The notes beneath the pieces are model-generated. The model was not told the origin of the DNA, did not search any database, and was given only the letters and a program-made list of their open reading frames with translations. From contig CAWAUV010000008.1 in NCBI GenBank assembly GCA_963785305.1, positions 1,024,001 through 1,088,000 on the forward strand: 64,000 nucleotides of DNA, given 5' to 3'. Within the stretch, counting starts at the first letter, position 1. The number at the start of each line of letters is the position of its first letter. Position numbers and translations under genes: made by a program. This stretch comes from an uncultured Planctomycetaceae bacterium (GTDB taxonomy: Bacteria; Planctomycetota; Planctomycetia; Pirellulales; PALSA-1355). Positions 1-10,457 of the stretch are shown here, piece by piece.

Positions 1-306
1 CTTGGGAAATCGCATCATCGAGACGACCAGATCGCGATACACGAGCGCGTCGTCGCGCCATTGCGATTGCGCGTCGGGCCGGTCGCTCGTGGCCAACATT
101 TCCGCGAGGTCCATGCCGGAGCAAAAAGCCGAGCCCGCCCCGGTGAGAATCACCGCTCGCACGCGCCGCTCTTGATGCAAGTCGCTCAGCGCTTGAGCCA
201 ACTCGGCGAGCAGGGCGCGCGAGAGCGCGTTGCGCTTTTCGGGTCGATTGAGAATGAGGGTGCCCACGCTTTCGTGGACATGAATTTTGACCAGGGGCTG
301 GGTCAT
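1..306 (-). CDS. Enoyl-CoA hydratase/isomerase (crotonase) family protein, 3' end outside window
   Basis: Manual translation from ATG at 306: MTQPLVKIHVHESVGTLILNRPEKRNALS...RAVILTGAGSAFCSGMDL, with crotonase motifs LNRPEKRNAL and FCSGMDL. Confidence 0.9.
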   Translation of the reverse strand, partial: MTQPLVKIHVHESVGTLILNRPEKRNALSRALLAELAQALSDLHQERRVRAVILTGAGSAFCSGMDLAEMLATSDRPDAQSQWRDDALVYRDLVVSMMRFPK

Positions 307-395
307 GGGGGATTCCTCGCTCATATTTCGCGCCGCGGCCGCCGCCGGGTCTCCGTGGCGCGGGCCGGTCGATTCGATCTCGCGATTGCTCTTCT

Positions 396-770
396 TCATG
401 GCGTCTCGGGCTGTTGACGGAGCATCTTGGCCAGCACTTCCGGAACATGCAGGGCTGGCAGTTCGAGCTCCAAAATCGCGGCGCCGAGGAGCTTGCCTTG
501 CGTGTCGAGCCGTAGCGACTGGCTCGCCCCGCCGGCGAGCACATCGAACAGCACGAAGTTCAGCGCGTGCGCCTTGGGTAGCTCATAGCGCATGACGCGC
601 GTGGCGCCAAGCGGCCGAAAATATTCGGCCACGCGCTCGGCCGTGAGCTCGCGAAGCAAATAGGCAAACGCTTCGCCGCTCGAAGCCACCACGCCGATAT
701 TCGCATGGTTGCCTTTATCGCCGCTTCGCGCGTGTGCAATCAAACCCAATGGAAAACTCGTGGCCGGCAT
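396..770 (-). CDS. AtuA-like C-terminal (ferredoxin-fold) domain protein
   Basis: AHARSGDKGNHANIGV...RYELP...ALNFVL...LRLDTQGK is the stand-alone AtuA C-terminal signature; it lies directly downstream of atuA. Confidence 0.85.
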   Translation of the reverse strand: MPATSFPLGLIAHARSGDKGNHANIGVVASSGEAFAYLLRELTAERVAEYFRPLGATRVMRYELPKAHALNFVLFDVLAGGASQSLRLDTQGKLLGAAILELELPALHVPEVLAKMLRQQPETP

Positions 771-833
771 ATTCGATTCAATTCGTGTTGAGACAGGCTT
801 GTTCGCGATGGTTCGCGGCGCGATTCTCGACCC

Positions 834-2249
834 TTATCGCTCGTCCGGCGACCCCGACTCGCCGCCGAGCCAATCTCGCGCCGCCCGCACTTCGGCTCGC
901 GGCGCCAATCGCTCCCGCGGCACGAGCGTCGGCCAATAGGCCAGCACCGGCCGCACGGGGCTTCGTCCACTGGCATATCCGGCCAACCCGGCGGGCCCGC
1001 TCGTGACCAGCGGCGCGAATTCCTTGGTGAATCGCTCGACCGCTGCCCGGTTTGGCGACTTGGCCGCCACGCGCAGCGCCACCTCGCGCAGGCCCGCGGG
1101 TGGAGCATGCAGCCCAGGCACGGAGTCGCCGACGCCCAAGAGCTCGACATAAAAACCATCGAACGCGCAGCCGGCGTTTTCGAGCCGGGCGCGAATCAGT
1201 TCGGCCGCCGCGCGGGCCTTGGCCACGCAATCCTTGCCGTAGACCACAAGTTGCCCGCTGGCCATGTATCCGGCCAGATACGCGAGCGACGCCTTGAGTT
1301 TCTCCGGCGCCGGCCGGCCCGCGGCCCCAGAGACCGCCACGCGATCGCCGCCCAGATCGTTGACTTCGACCGTCGTGAAATCGACATCCACGTCGGGCGT
1401 GAGATAATGCGCCGGGTCGCCGATCTCGTAGACCAACTGCTCGACGACCGTCTCGCGCGTCACGCGTCCGCCACTGCCCGCTGGCTTGGTGATGACACAC
1501 GCGCCATCGGCGGCGAGCTCGGCGATCGGATAGCCGACCGTCTCCAGGGAGCGGCCGCGCCAGTCGTGAGAATAGCCGCCGGTGACTTGAGCCGCGCATT
1601 CGATCAAATGCCCCGCCACGCTCGCGCCGGCCAGGCGCCGCCAATCGTCCGGGGCCCAACCAAATTCGTGCATCGCCGGCCCCACCGTGAGCGAAGCGTC
1701 GGCCACTCGTCCGGTAAGCACCATGCGAGCGCCGTCGGCAAGCGCCTGGGCAATTGGTCCCGCGCCCAGGTACACATTGGCGCTCACGACACGCTTGGCC
1801 AGTTCGCCGAGCGGTGCGCCGGTGTCGAAGTGCGCGAAGGGTTCGCCTTCGGCTTGCCAAACGGGAATCTGCTTGAGAATGTCATCGCCCGTCACGACCC
1901 CCAGCGTCGTGTCGGCCAATTCGCCGACGGCGCCCAAGCATTGGGCCGCCGCCCGAGCGCATGCCACGACGTTCACGCCGCCGGCGTTGGTCACGATTCG
2001 CAAGCCCGCTTGCGACCGGAGGGCCGGCAGCAGGCTTCCGAGCACATCGACAAAATCAGTCGCGAAGCCTTCCGCCGGATTTTTTTCGCGCTTGCGGGCC
2101 AGAATCGAGAGCGTGAGCTCGGCGAGGTATTCGAGCGTGAGGTAATCGACCGCGGCCGATTCGACGAGCCTTCGCGGCGCATCGAGATTGTCGCCGAGAA
2201 ATCCGGCGCCATTGGCGATCTTGAGCGGCTTGGTTCGCTGTGCGGTCAT
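834..2249 (-). CDS. atuA: Acyclic terpene utilization AtuA family protein (DUF1446)
   Basis: KIANGAGFLGD, DYLTLEYLAELT, SANVYLG, TGRVADASL, GHLIECAAQVTGG and EQLVYEIGDPAHYLTPDV; start taken at MTAQRTK. Confidence 0.88.
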   Translation of the reverse strand: MTAQRTKPLKIANGAGFLGDNLDAPRRLVESAAVDYLTLEYLAELTLSILARKREKNPAEGFATDFVDVLGSLLPALRSQAGLRIVTNAGGVNVVACARAAAQCLGAVGELADTTLGVVTGDDILKQIPVWQAEGEPFAHFDTGAPLGELAKRVVSANVYLGAGPIAQALADGARMVLTGRVADASLTVGPAMHEFGWAPDDWRRLAGASVAGHLIECAAQVTGGYSHDWRGRSLETVGYPIAELAADGACVITKPAGSGGRVTRETVVEQLVYEIGDPAHYLTPDVDVDFTTVEVNDLGGDRVAVSGAAGRPAPEKLKASLAYLAGYMASGQLVVYGKDCVAKARAAAELIRARLENAGCAFDGFYVELLGVGDSVPGLHAPPAGLREVALRVAAKSPNRAAVERFTKEFAPLVTSGPAGLAGYASGRSPVRPVLAYWPTLVPRERLAPRAEVRAARDWLGGESGSPDER

Positions 2250-2435
2250 GGCGGGGGGCGTGGACCTCGGAACAGTTCCTGATCCGACGCGCCAAGGAAG
2301 AATCGTTGGTTGCGGGGCCGCCACGCCGGGTGTTACAACATTTTATCGTCCTCGGGTTCGTTTGGGGCAACCCAAGGCAGCTTATTTTTTGTTCGGACTC
2401 GTTTTGTTCGGGCTCGCATCCGAACGCGAAGCGTC

Positions 2436-3123
2436 ATGTCGCGACCTGCCGTCGTGTTGTTATCCGGAGGCTTGGATTCCGCGACCACGGCGGCGATTGC
2501 CCGCGCCGCTGGCCACGCGGTCCATGCGCTCTCCTTCGACTATGGCCAGCGGCATCGGTTCGAGCTCGAATCGGCGCGGCGCGTGGCCCAGTCGCTGGGT
2601 GCCGCGCGGCATGTGACGACGCGGATCGACTTGGCCCAATTCGGCCAGAGCGCGCTCACCGCCGATATTTCCGTGCCCAAGGATCGCTCCGAGACCGAGA
2701 TGGGCGTCGGGATTCCGATTACCTATGTGCCGGCGCAACACCGTGTTTCTCGCGCTCGCCCTGGCCTATGCCGAGACGCTCGACGCGGCCGATATCTTTA
2801 TCGGCGTCAACGCGATCGACTACAGCGGTTATCCCGATTGCCGGCCCGAATACATCGCCGCCTTCGAGCGCATGGCCAACCTGGCGACGAAGGCCGGAGT
2901 GGAAAAACGGCTGAAGTTTTGCATCCACACTCCGCTGATTAAAATGACCAAGGCCCAGATCATTGGCCGCGGCGCCGCGCTGGGGGTCGACTTCGGGCTC
3001 ACGCATAGCTGCTATGATCCCGCGAGCAGCGGACTCTCCTGCGGACACTGCGACGCCTGCGCGCTTCGCCGTGCCGGTTTCGCCGCCGCGGGCCTCGTCG
3101 ACCCGCTGCCCCATGCAAGCTGA
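2436..3123 (+). CDS. queC: 7-cyano-7-deazaguanine synthase QueC (frameshift near 2735, probably assembly error)
   Basis: [17 protein letters not shown] and TYVPA in one frame; [21 protein letters not shown] and [10 protein letters not shown] in another. The break is where PARN (ccggcgcgcaac) reads ccggcgcaac. Confidence 0.93.
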
Positions 3124-3194
3124 CGCCCGGGCGCACATTGATGCCTCGGGGTCGTGTGATAACCTCGCGTTTCACGCCTCTCGTAAACCAACGC

Positions 3195-3881
3195 ATGAAG
3201 ATCGCCGAAATTTATCGCTCGATTCAAGGCGAGGGCCTGCTCACCGGAGCGGCGAGCGTGTTTGTGCGCACCAGCGGCTGCAACTTGCGGTGCTGGTTTT
3301 GTGATTCGCCCTTCACGAGTTGGGCGCCCGAGGGTGGCGATCTCTCGGTCGAGGAAATCATGGGCCAGGTGGCCGAGTGGGACCTGGAACATGTGGTGCT
3401 TACCGGCGGCGAGCCGATGCTGTGGTCGGAGTTGATCCCACTCGCCACGGCGCTCGCCGACCAGAAGCGGCACATCACGATCGAGACCGCCGGCACGCTC
3501 TACTTGCCCGTCGCCTGCGATTTAATGTCGATCAGTCCAAAGCTCGCGAATTCGACTCCCGATCATCAGCGGGCCGGGCGTTGGCGACATCGCCACGAAG
3601 CGGCGCGTCACGCGCCGGAGGTGATCGAGCGGCTGATCGACGAATATGTGTATCAATTCAAATTCGTCGTCTCCGAGCCCGAGGACTGCGCGGTCGTGGA
3701 GCGCTATCTCGATTTGTTTCCGCGGCTCGATCGCTCGCGAGTATTGCTCATGCCCGAGGGCGTGGACGTGGCGGCGCTCGAGGCGCGGCGAAGCTGGCTC
3801 GAGCCTTACTGCGCGGGGGCGGGCCTCGGCTACTGTGCGCGACGCCACATCGAGTGGTTTGGACTTGTGCGCGGCACATAG
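3195..3881 (+). CDS. queE: 7-carboxy-7-deazaguanine synthase QueE (radical SAM)
   Basis: EIYRSIQGEG, CNLRCWFCD (CxxxCxxC), VLTGGEP, TIETAG and SISPK; adjacent to queC. Confidence 0.92.
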   Translation: MKIAEIYRSIQGEGLLTGAASVFVRTSGCNLRCWFCDSPFTSWAPEGGDLSVEEIMGQVAEWDLEHVVLTGGEPMLWSELIPLATALADQKRHITIETAGTLYLPVACDLMSISPKLANSTPDHQRAGRWRHRHEAARHAPEVIERLIDEYVYQFKFVVSEPEDCAVVERYLDLFPRLDRSRVLLMPEGVDVAALEARRSWLEPYCAGAGLGYCARRHIEWFGLVRGT

Positions 3882-4084
3882 CGAGCGCCTCGCGCCGGCC
3901 GGCCCGCCGAAGCTCCCTTGGGGGGAAATTCCTCTCATCGCGCGCGAATACCGACCCCGCCGCCTATGCTGGACCTCGGAACGCGGGGCGGATCGGTCTT
4001 TATCTCGTCGTGGTCCGTCCCCGCGCGGCATTCGCTTGGACTCGCGGTCCGTGAGCGGCGACACGGTTTCTCTTTCCCCCAAAA

Positions 4085-5117
4085 ATGGTCGCCATGCCAC
4101 ACGGTCGCTTCGTGATCTCGCTCGACTTCGAGCTTCGCTGGGGTGTGCGCGATAAAAACTACCGCGACGCCTATCGCCAGAACCTGCTCGGCGCGCGCCT
4201 CGCGATACCGCGCATGCTCGCCCTGTTTCGCGAGTTCGGCGTTCACGCCACCTGGGCCACGGTCGGCATGCTTTTTTTCGGCGCCAAATCGCAAATGCTC
4301 CGCGCACTGCCCGAGGAGCGCCCGCGATATTGCAATCGAGCCCTGTCGCCGTATTTCGCGCTCGACGAAGTCGGCGCCAGCGAGCGCGACGATCCGCTGC
4401 ACTTCGCGCCCTCGCTGATCGAACGGATTCTCGCCACGCCCGATCAGGAGCTCGCCACCCACACCTTCTCGCACTACTATTGTCTCGAGCCAGGCCAGGA
4501 GCGGGCAGCGTTCGCGGCCGATCTCGCGGCGGCGATCGATGTCGGCTCGCGATTCGGCGCGGCCCGAGAGCATCGTGTTCCCGCGCAATCAGGTGTGCGC
4601 CGACTACCTGCCGATCTGCCGCGAACAAGGACTTCTGGCTTATCGCGGCAATCATCTCGCGACGATGCACTCCGTGGGCGATGGGCGAGAAGACTCGTTC
4701 GGCCGACGACTGTCTCGGCTAGTCGACGGCTACATCGACTTGACCTCGCCGCGGATCGCGCCGATCGACCGCGAGCCATTGCAATACGAGCCGCGACGCC
4801 CGATGAACATTCGCGCCGACCGGTTCTTGCGACCGGCCAGCCCGAAGCAAGGATTCGCCGAGCGGTTGCGGCTGCGGCGAATCCGCCGCGAGATGACATT
4901 CGCCGCGGAGCGCGGAGCGACCTATCACGTTTGGTGGCATCCGCACAATTTTGGTCGGAATTTGGCGTCGAATCTCGATTTTCTCGCTTCCGTGCTGCGC
5001 CACTTCGCCCAGTTGGCCGAGAGCCAGGGCATGCGAAGCGCCACGATGCGCGAAGCGGCGCTCTTGGATAGGGCGTTCGAGCCGGCGGTCGCGAGCGACT
5101 TGAAGGTTCATCGATGA
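4085..5117 (+). CDS. Polysaccharide deacetylase (CE4/NodB-like) family protein, frameshift near 4560
   Basis: FVISLDFELRWG, ATWATVG and ELATHTFSHYY, then in a second frame SIVFPRNQ and YHVWWHPHNFG. Confidence 0.8.
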
Positions 5118-5896
5118 TCGCTCTGGAACAGGGCGCCGTCGTGTTGCTCGGCGGCCAAGGCGCTTCGACACGCATCGTCTATCAGGCGGTGCGAGACCAG
5201 TTGCCGATCGCGGGCGTGATTCTCGAAGCCAGCGGCTCGCGGCGCGCATTGCTCGCGCGCCGCGCGCGGCGCTTCGGCTGGCGGAAGGCGCTGGGTCAAG
5301 CTCTGTTTTCCGCGCTCGCGGCGCCGCTGCTCGCGCTGGGAGCCCGGCGTCGCGAACAAGAAATCTTGCGAGAGTCTGGCCTATGGGATCGGCCGATCGA
5401 TCCGGACATCGTGCTGCAAGTGCCCTCGATCAACGACGACGCGACCGCGCGCCACTTGCGAGCGCTGCGGCCGAAGCTGGTGATAATTCATGGCGTGGGC
5501 ATCCTGTCGCGCGAGCTGTTGTCCGAGATCGACGCGCCGGTGCTCAATGTGCATGCCGGCGTCACGCCGCTGTTTCGCGGTGTGCATGGCGGCTATTGGG
5601 CCCTGGTCGAAGGAATGCCGGAGGCTTGCGGCGTGACCGTGCATCGCGTCGATCCGGGCATCGACACCGGCGCCATCGCCGCCCAAGCGCGGATCCATCC
5701 CACGTCGCGCGACAATTTTACGACCTACCCCCTGCTGCAACTCGCCGTGGGCCTGCCGCTTTTGCTCGAAGTCGCCCGCGCGGCGCTCGCCGACTCGTTG
5801 CCAAACGTTGCCCGACCGCCCGGCGAATCGCGCTTATGGAGCCACCCGACCTTGTGGGAATACTTGCGACATCGCTGGCGCCGCGGGGTGCGATGA
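5114..5896 (+). CDS. Formyltransferase family protein
   Basis: LNVHAGVTPLFRGVHG and GVTVHRVDPGIDTG are the N10-formyl-THF transferase motifs; ATGA overlap with the upstream deacetylase. Confidence 0.85.
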   Translation: MIALEQGAVVLLGGQGASTRIVYQAVRDQLPIAGVILEASGSRRALLARRARRFGWRKALGQALFSALAAPLLALGARRREQEILRESGLWDRPIDPDIVLQVPSINDDATARHLRALRPKLVIIHGVGILSRELLSEIDAPVLNVHAGVTPLFRGVHGGYWALVEGMPEACGVTVHRVDPGIDTGAIAAQARIHPTSRDNFTTYPLLQLAVGLPLLLEVARAALADSLPNVARPPGESRLWSHPTLWEYLRHRWRRGVR

Positions 5897-6179
5897 GGCC
5901 GCCTCATGGAGCATGCAAGCTTGAAGCGCAAGCGAAAGAATTCCTTCGCTGGCAATTCTGGCTTGTGTGGGAGCTCCCGCGTGGCGACCGAATTCGAGCG
6001 CGCGAGTGTCGGATGTCGCGCTCCCGCCTCGCTCCACGGCCGCTGGCTCGCGGCTTCGCGCGAAAAAATGCTGGCGTCGGCGCCGGGTTGCGACTTACGA
6101 TAGGCGGCGGCGACCGCCGCCGCGAATCCTCGCTATTCACCCCCCTCGCCAGACTTCGCTTTTTTGGAGGACGACTGCC

Positions 6180-7086
6180 GTGACACGCACCATGATCTTC
6201 ATCGTCTCGGGCTGCCTTGGCCTTTGCGCCGCGCTGGGAATCAGCGCCTCCGAGCGCGGCCGCCGAGCCGCAACGCGAATTGCTCTGGCCGCAAGGCGCG
6301 CCGGGCGCCAAGGGCGACAAAGACGCCGATAAGCCAACCCTCACTCCTTGGATTCCCCCGGCCGACAAAGCCACTGGCACGGCGATCATCGTCTGTCCCG
6401 GCGGCGGCTATGGCGGCCTCGCGATCGGCCACGAAGGCAAGGATATCGGCGAGTGGCTCAACTCGATCGGGGTGGCGGCCTTCGTGCTCGAATATCGCCA
6501 CCGCGGCAAAGGCTATGGACACCCGGCTCCGCTCGACGACGCCCAGCGCGCGATTCGCACCGTGCGGGCTCGCGCCAGCCAGTGGGGCGTGAAGCCCGAG
6601 AGGATCGGCATCATGGGCTTCTCGGCCGGCGGACATCTGGCCTCGTCGGCGGGCACCAAGTTCGATTCCGGCAAGCCCGACGCCGCGGACCCGATCGATC
6701 GGACAAGCTGCCGGCCCGACTTCATGATCCTTTGCTATCCCGTGATTTCGTTCACCGAGCCGTTCACGCATCAAGGCTCGCGGCGGAATCTGTTGGGCGA
6801 AAGTCCGGACCCGGAACTGGTGAAAAGTTTTTCCAACGAAACCCAGGTCACGAGCCAGACCCCGCCGACATTCTTGTTCCACACGGATCAAGATAGCGGA
6901 GTGCCGCCGGAAAACAGCGTGGCATTTTATCTGGCGCTGCGACAAGCCAAAGTGCCGGCCGAACTCTTGATCTTCGAAAAAGGACCGCATGGCGTGGGCC
7001 TCGGCCGCTCGATACCGGGCACGAGCGCTTGGAGCGATTGCTGCGCCGATTGGCTCCGCGGGCGCGGGCTCTTGGGCAAGAGCTAA
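6180..7086 (+). CDS. Secreted alpha/beta hydrolase (acetyl-esterase/BD-FAE-like), frameshift near 6250
   Basis: GGAGG RBS then GTG and a signal-peptide-like start; second frame has CPGGGY, GFSAGG (GxSxG nucleophile) and HGVG. Confidence 0.85.
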
Positions 7087-7249
7087 TCGCGCGACGGAAG
7101 AGCATGACAGCCGGTTGAACTATTCAACGGCCCGATAAACGCCGTCGGGCGAGGCGACCGAGCGAATTCCGGAAATCGGGAAAACGCGAGATCGTCTCGC
7201 CCTTTGAGCGAACCGAATCGCGCGGGGCGCGATGTCAGACGCAGGCGGA

Positions 7250-7543
7250 CTAATAACTGCCGCGGGCGCGGGCATCGGCCGGGCGATTGCCAAACGTGCC
7301 GAAAATCTGGCCCGAGCGGAGCCCGGCCGCTCTGCTATAAGAACTGCCGACCGGATTGCCGTAGTTGGCATAGGCGGGCCAGGGCAGCGTGGGCGGCGCC
7401 GAATAGCTGCGACGAGCCGTGGGGCGTTGCGGGGCCGTCGCCGTCGGTTGCTGGGTCGTGTTCACGGTGTCATCGGCCAGAGCTTGGCCGACCATGATCC
7501 CGGCTGCCATCATCAATGCGAAAACGCGGATCGGCTTGAGCAT
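7250..7543 (-). CDS. Small secreted hypothetical protein
   Basis: Signal peptide MLKPIRVFALMMAAGIMVGQALA-DD, followed by an Arg/Tyr/Ser/Pro-rich 74-aa mature part. Confidence 0.6.
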   Translation of the reverse strand: MLKPIRVFALMMAAGIMVGQALADDTVNTTQQPTATAPQRPTARRSYSAPPTLPWPAYANYGNPVGSSYSRAAGLRSGQIFGTFGNRPADARARGSY

Positions 7544-7915
7544 GATTGGAATCCTTTTTCGGAAGTGAGGTAGGCGAATGTGCCGCCGGGCGGGGTTTTC
7601 GTGAGGCGAGTAGGCAAGAGCTGGCAGCGCGGCGTCAACGCGGCATGCTACGCGCGTGGCAAGATCACAATCGGCTGCCACGGGCCTGGAAACAACGTCC
7701 CCGGGCGCCCTGTTGAAAGGTTCAACAAGTCGCTTATGCGCTGGTGTGGCGCCGAAGAAAAAGAACCGCCCTTAGGGTGAATTATCGGCCGCCGGAGCGC
7801 CAATTTATTAGCCGACTCGACCCGCAAATCCGTTGAATGCGAAGCTCGGCGCTTGGCGAAATCGAAAAATGCCACGACGTCGCCATCGTGGCATTTTTCA
7901 ATAGGGCGCTCCGCT

Positions 7916-9151
7916 CTACTGTTTGGCGGCCTCGATCCGATCGCGGAGTTTGCCGATTTGGGCTTTGAGCTCGTCGCGATCGAGAAAGCCATCGTGATTC
8001 GTGTCGAGCGCTTCGAAGAGCCGCTTGCGGTTGCCGAATTCCTCGAGGCTGAGTTTGCCGTCGTGGTCGCGATCCATTTGCTTGAGCCGCTCGACTATTT
8101 TGCCGGCCGCCGGCGCCTCATTCGTCGAGGCGTCTTTTTTCGCCGCGTCTTTGCTCGAGGCCTCCGAAGGCGAGGCGTCGTTGCCGGCATTGTCTTTTTC
8201 TTTATCGCCGGAGCTTTTTTCGGCGTCGCTCGCCGATGTCTTTTTGGCGGCGCGGGACTTCGTGGCGTCGATCTCGCCATCCGGCTTCGGCAGAATGCCC
8301 ATGGACTGAAGTTGCCGGACGCGCGTCAGTCCCTTGATGAACTCCTCTTCGTTGAGCGCCCCATCGCCATCGGCGTCGAACTTGGCTTTGAGCTTCTCGA
8401 AATTCGGGGCCTTGTCGACGGGCGCTTCGTCCATGGTGATTTTTCCGTCGCCGTTGGCATCGAGATAGCGGAACACGCCCCGGGGCGATTGGGCGTCATC
8501 GATCATGGCCCGGATTTCCTTCGCATACGCCTGGATGCCTTCGGTGAGCTCTTGCTTGGTGAGCGCACCGTCGCCATCCTTGTCGGCCCGCTCGAGCAGC
8601 TTTCCAAAACGTTCGCGAGCGTCGTCGGGAATTTCCGCGTTGGTGATCTTGCCATCGCCGTTCACGTCGAGGCGAGCGAACAGCACTTCCGGGTCGGGCA
8701 GTCCGCCTTCCAATTGCGCGGGCGACTTTTCCTCGCGCACTCGCTCGGGCTTTTGTCGCTCGAGCCCGGCGGCGAGCTCGTCGGCCGTGAGCGCACCGTC
8801 GCCATCGCGGTCGGCGGCTTTGAGGATGCGCGCGAGCAAGCGCCGCTTTTCGGCGGGCACTTCATCGGTCGTGAGCTTGCCATCGTGGTTGGCGTCGAGA
8901 CGCTCGAAGAGCGCCTTGGCGCTCATGGTGGTAGTTGTCGTGGAGGCCGCCGGGGACGCTTCCTTCGCGGCCTCGGTCGCTGCCGGCGGCGCGGTTTCGC
9001 TGGCCGCCGCTGGATCACTTGCCGCCGGTTTTTCAGTCTCTTCGGCCAAGGCGCAAAGCGGCAGCATCGTCGTGGCCGCGCATACGAAGGGCCCCCACAC
9101 TAAAGAATTCCAATTAGGCGACCGGCGACGTTTCGCGACCATGGCGGGCAT
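7916..9151 (-). CDS. Secreted EF-hand calcium-binding protein (8 EF-hand loops)
   Basis: DANHDGKLTTDE, DRDGDGALTADE, DVNGDGKITNAE, DKDGDGALTKQE, DANGDGKITMDE, DADGDGALNEEE, DRDHDGKLSLEE and DTNHDGFLDRDE; start uncertain. Confidence 0.88.
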   Translation of the reverse strand: MPAMVAKRRRSPNWNSLVWGPFVCAATTMLPLCALAEETEKPAASDPAAASETAPPAATEAAKEASPAASTTTTTMSAKALFERLDANHDGKLTTDEVPAEKRRLLARILKAADRDGDGALTADELAAGLERQKPERVREEKSPAQLEGGLPDPEVLFARLDVNGDGKITNAEIPDDARERFGKLLERADKDGDGALTKQELTEGIQAYAKEIRAMIDDAQSPRGVFRYLDANGDGKITMDEAPVDKAPNFEKLKAKFDADGDGALNEEEFIKGLTRVRQLQSMGILPKPDGEIDATKSRAAKKTSASDAEKSSGDKEKDNAGNDASPSEASSKDAAKKDASTNEAPAAGKIVERLKQMDRDHDGKLSLEEFGNRKRLFEALDTNHDGFLDRDELKAQIGKLRDRIEAAKQ

Positions 9152-9980
9152 TCCGTGAGGAGAGTGAAGAAAACGAAATGTTGACGTTGCTCATCTAAAC
9201 CCCGGCGGCGGGGAAATGTTTCGCCCACGAAAAAAATCGCGGCTTTCCGCCGGCGATCGAGGTCGGCGCCCCCGGTCCACCTCGAATATGGGAACGGCTT
9301 TGAAGCGCGATTGCAAGGTTTACAACGATGCGAGCCGCCGAAACGGAGCGATATGTCGCCGATATTTTTGACGCAAGCTGTTTGCTCATAACGCCCTGGG
9401 ACGCGACTTGCGGTGTTCCAAATATCTCTGGCATGGCGGTTGCAGTGTTCGATTGGCGTTGTCGGGGGCCGGAAACATCGGGTCGCCGATGGCAAGGGTC
9501 GCACGGCGCTCCGCGATAGGGACGGCAGAAGCCGCGTTCGCGGAACAATCGTGCGGAAGCGAATGTTAAAGTATTACGCCCAAAAGAGTTTCATCAAATG
9601 GCCCCCGCTCTCCCGGTCGATGCTGTAGGCGCCTACAAGCGCATGCAAAGTCGATCCTCCGACACGGAAAGCGGCGCCGGCAGATGTGTGGCGTAGAATT
9701 GAACGGTTAGCGAGTGTGCGGCGGTGTGCTGGCTCCATGAGGTTCGTTCGACCTAAGATCACTTCCCAAATGGACTTGCCGATCACGGCGTATCCGTCCA
9801 GGTCGATCGAACAGGCGAGCCAGCGTCGCGCGAAGCGGAATCGTTCATAAAACGTCGGCCCAGAATTTTCCGCATTTCCACCACCGCTTTTCGACAGACT
9901 TTGGCGTTCTTCCGCCGGCCCATGCTTGGCATAATGGGGCGACGACGAATGACTCGGTTTTGTCCGCAAGGAGAATCGTG

Positions 9981-10265
9981 ATGCAAATCTCAGGTGTTTC
10001 GCAGTTGCATGGCGCGCAGTCGCTTTCGGGTCCCCATGCTTCGAGCCAGGCCTATGGCTCGTCCGGCGCCTCGGCGTCGGAGTCGTCGCCCGCGGCCGAA
10101 CTCCAATTGTCCTCGGCCGGGCAGGCTGCCTCGCTGCTGAACGACGTGCCGGATATCCGCCAAGATCGCGTCTCGGCGCTGCGGGCGGCGATTCAATCGG
10201 GAACCTACGAAACCCCCGAGCGACTCAGCGGCGCGGTTAGCCGGCTCTTGGACGAGATTGGCTAA
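9981..10265 (+). CDS. flgM: Anti-sigma-28 factor FlgM
   Basis: AAGGAG RBS; LQLSSAG...PDIRQDRVSALRAAIQSGTYETPERL matches the FlgM C-terminal motif. Confidence 0.85.
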   Translation: MQISGVSQLHGAQSLSGPHASSQAYGSSGASASESSPAAELQLSSAGQAASLLNDVPDIRQDRVSALRAAIQSGTYETPERLSGAVSRLLDEIG

Positions 10266-10457
10266 AACTCGCCCGCCGGTGGCAAGCGGCGCTCGGACCG
10301 CCACGCGCTTGAAATCAGAGCGTGGCGCTTTACAATCGGTACTAGGGACAATCGCAACCACCCCGACCACCGGGGGGGCGATTCTCTCCTGCTTGACCCG
10401 TCGCGTCTCGGGCGATGGGGCATTGGTGGTCCGACGCTACCCGCGCCGTTGTTGCTT

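Noticed and set aside
2350..2395. Possible preQ1 riboswitch upstream of queC (GGGTTCG...AACC C stem)
   Set aside because: It lacks the A-rich 3' tail needed for the preQ1-I pseudoknot and is followed by T-rich sequence instead.
2436..3881. queC/queE as a 7-deazaguanine DNA-modification (dpd) or QatABCD defence locus
   Set aside because: Canonical-length QueC and QueE with no dpdA/tgt-like, TatD or ATPase neighbours; ordinary queuosine biosynthesis is the simpler reading.
9590..9625. Possible sigma-28 promoter for flgM (CAAA...GTCGATGC)
   Set aside because: The spacer is 17 nt rather than about 15, both boxes are degenerate, and the site is far from the start.
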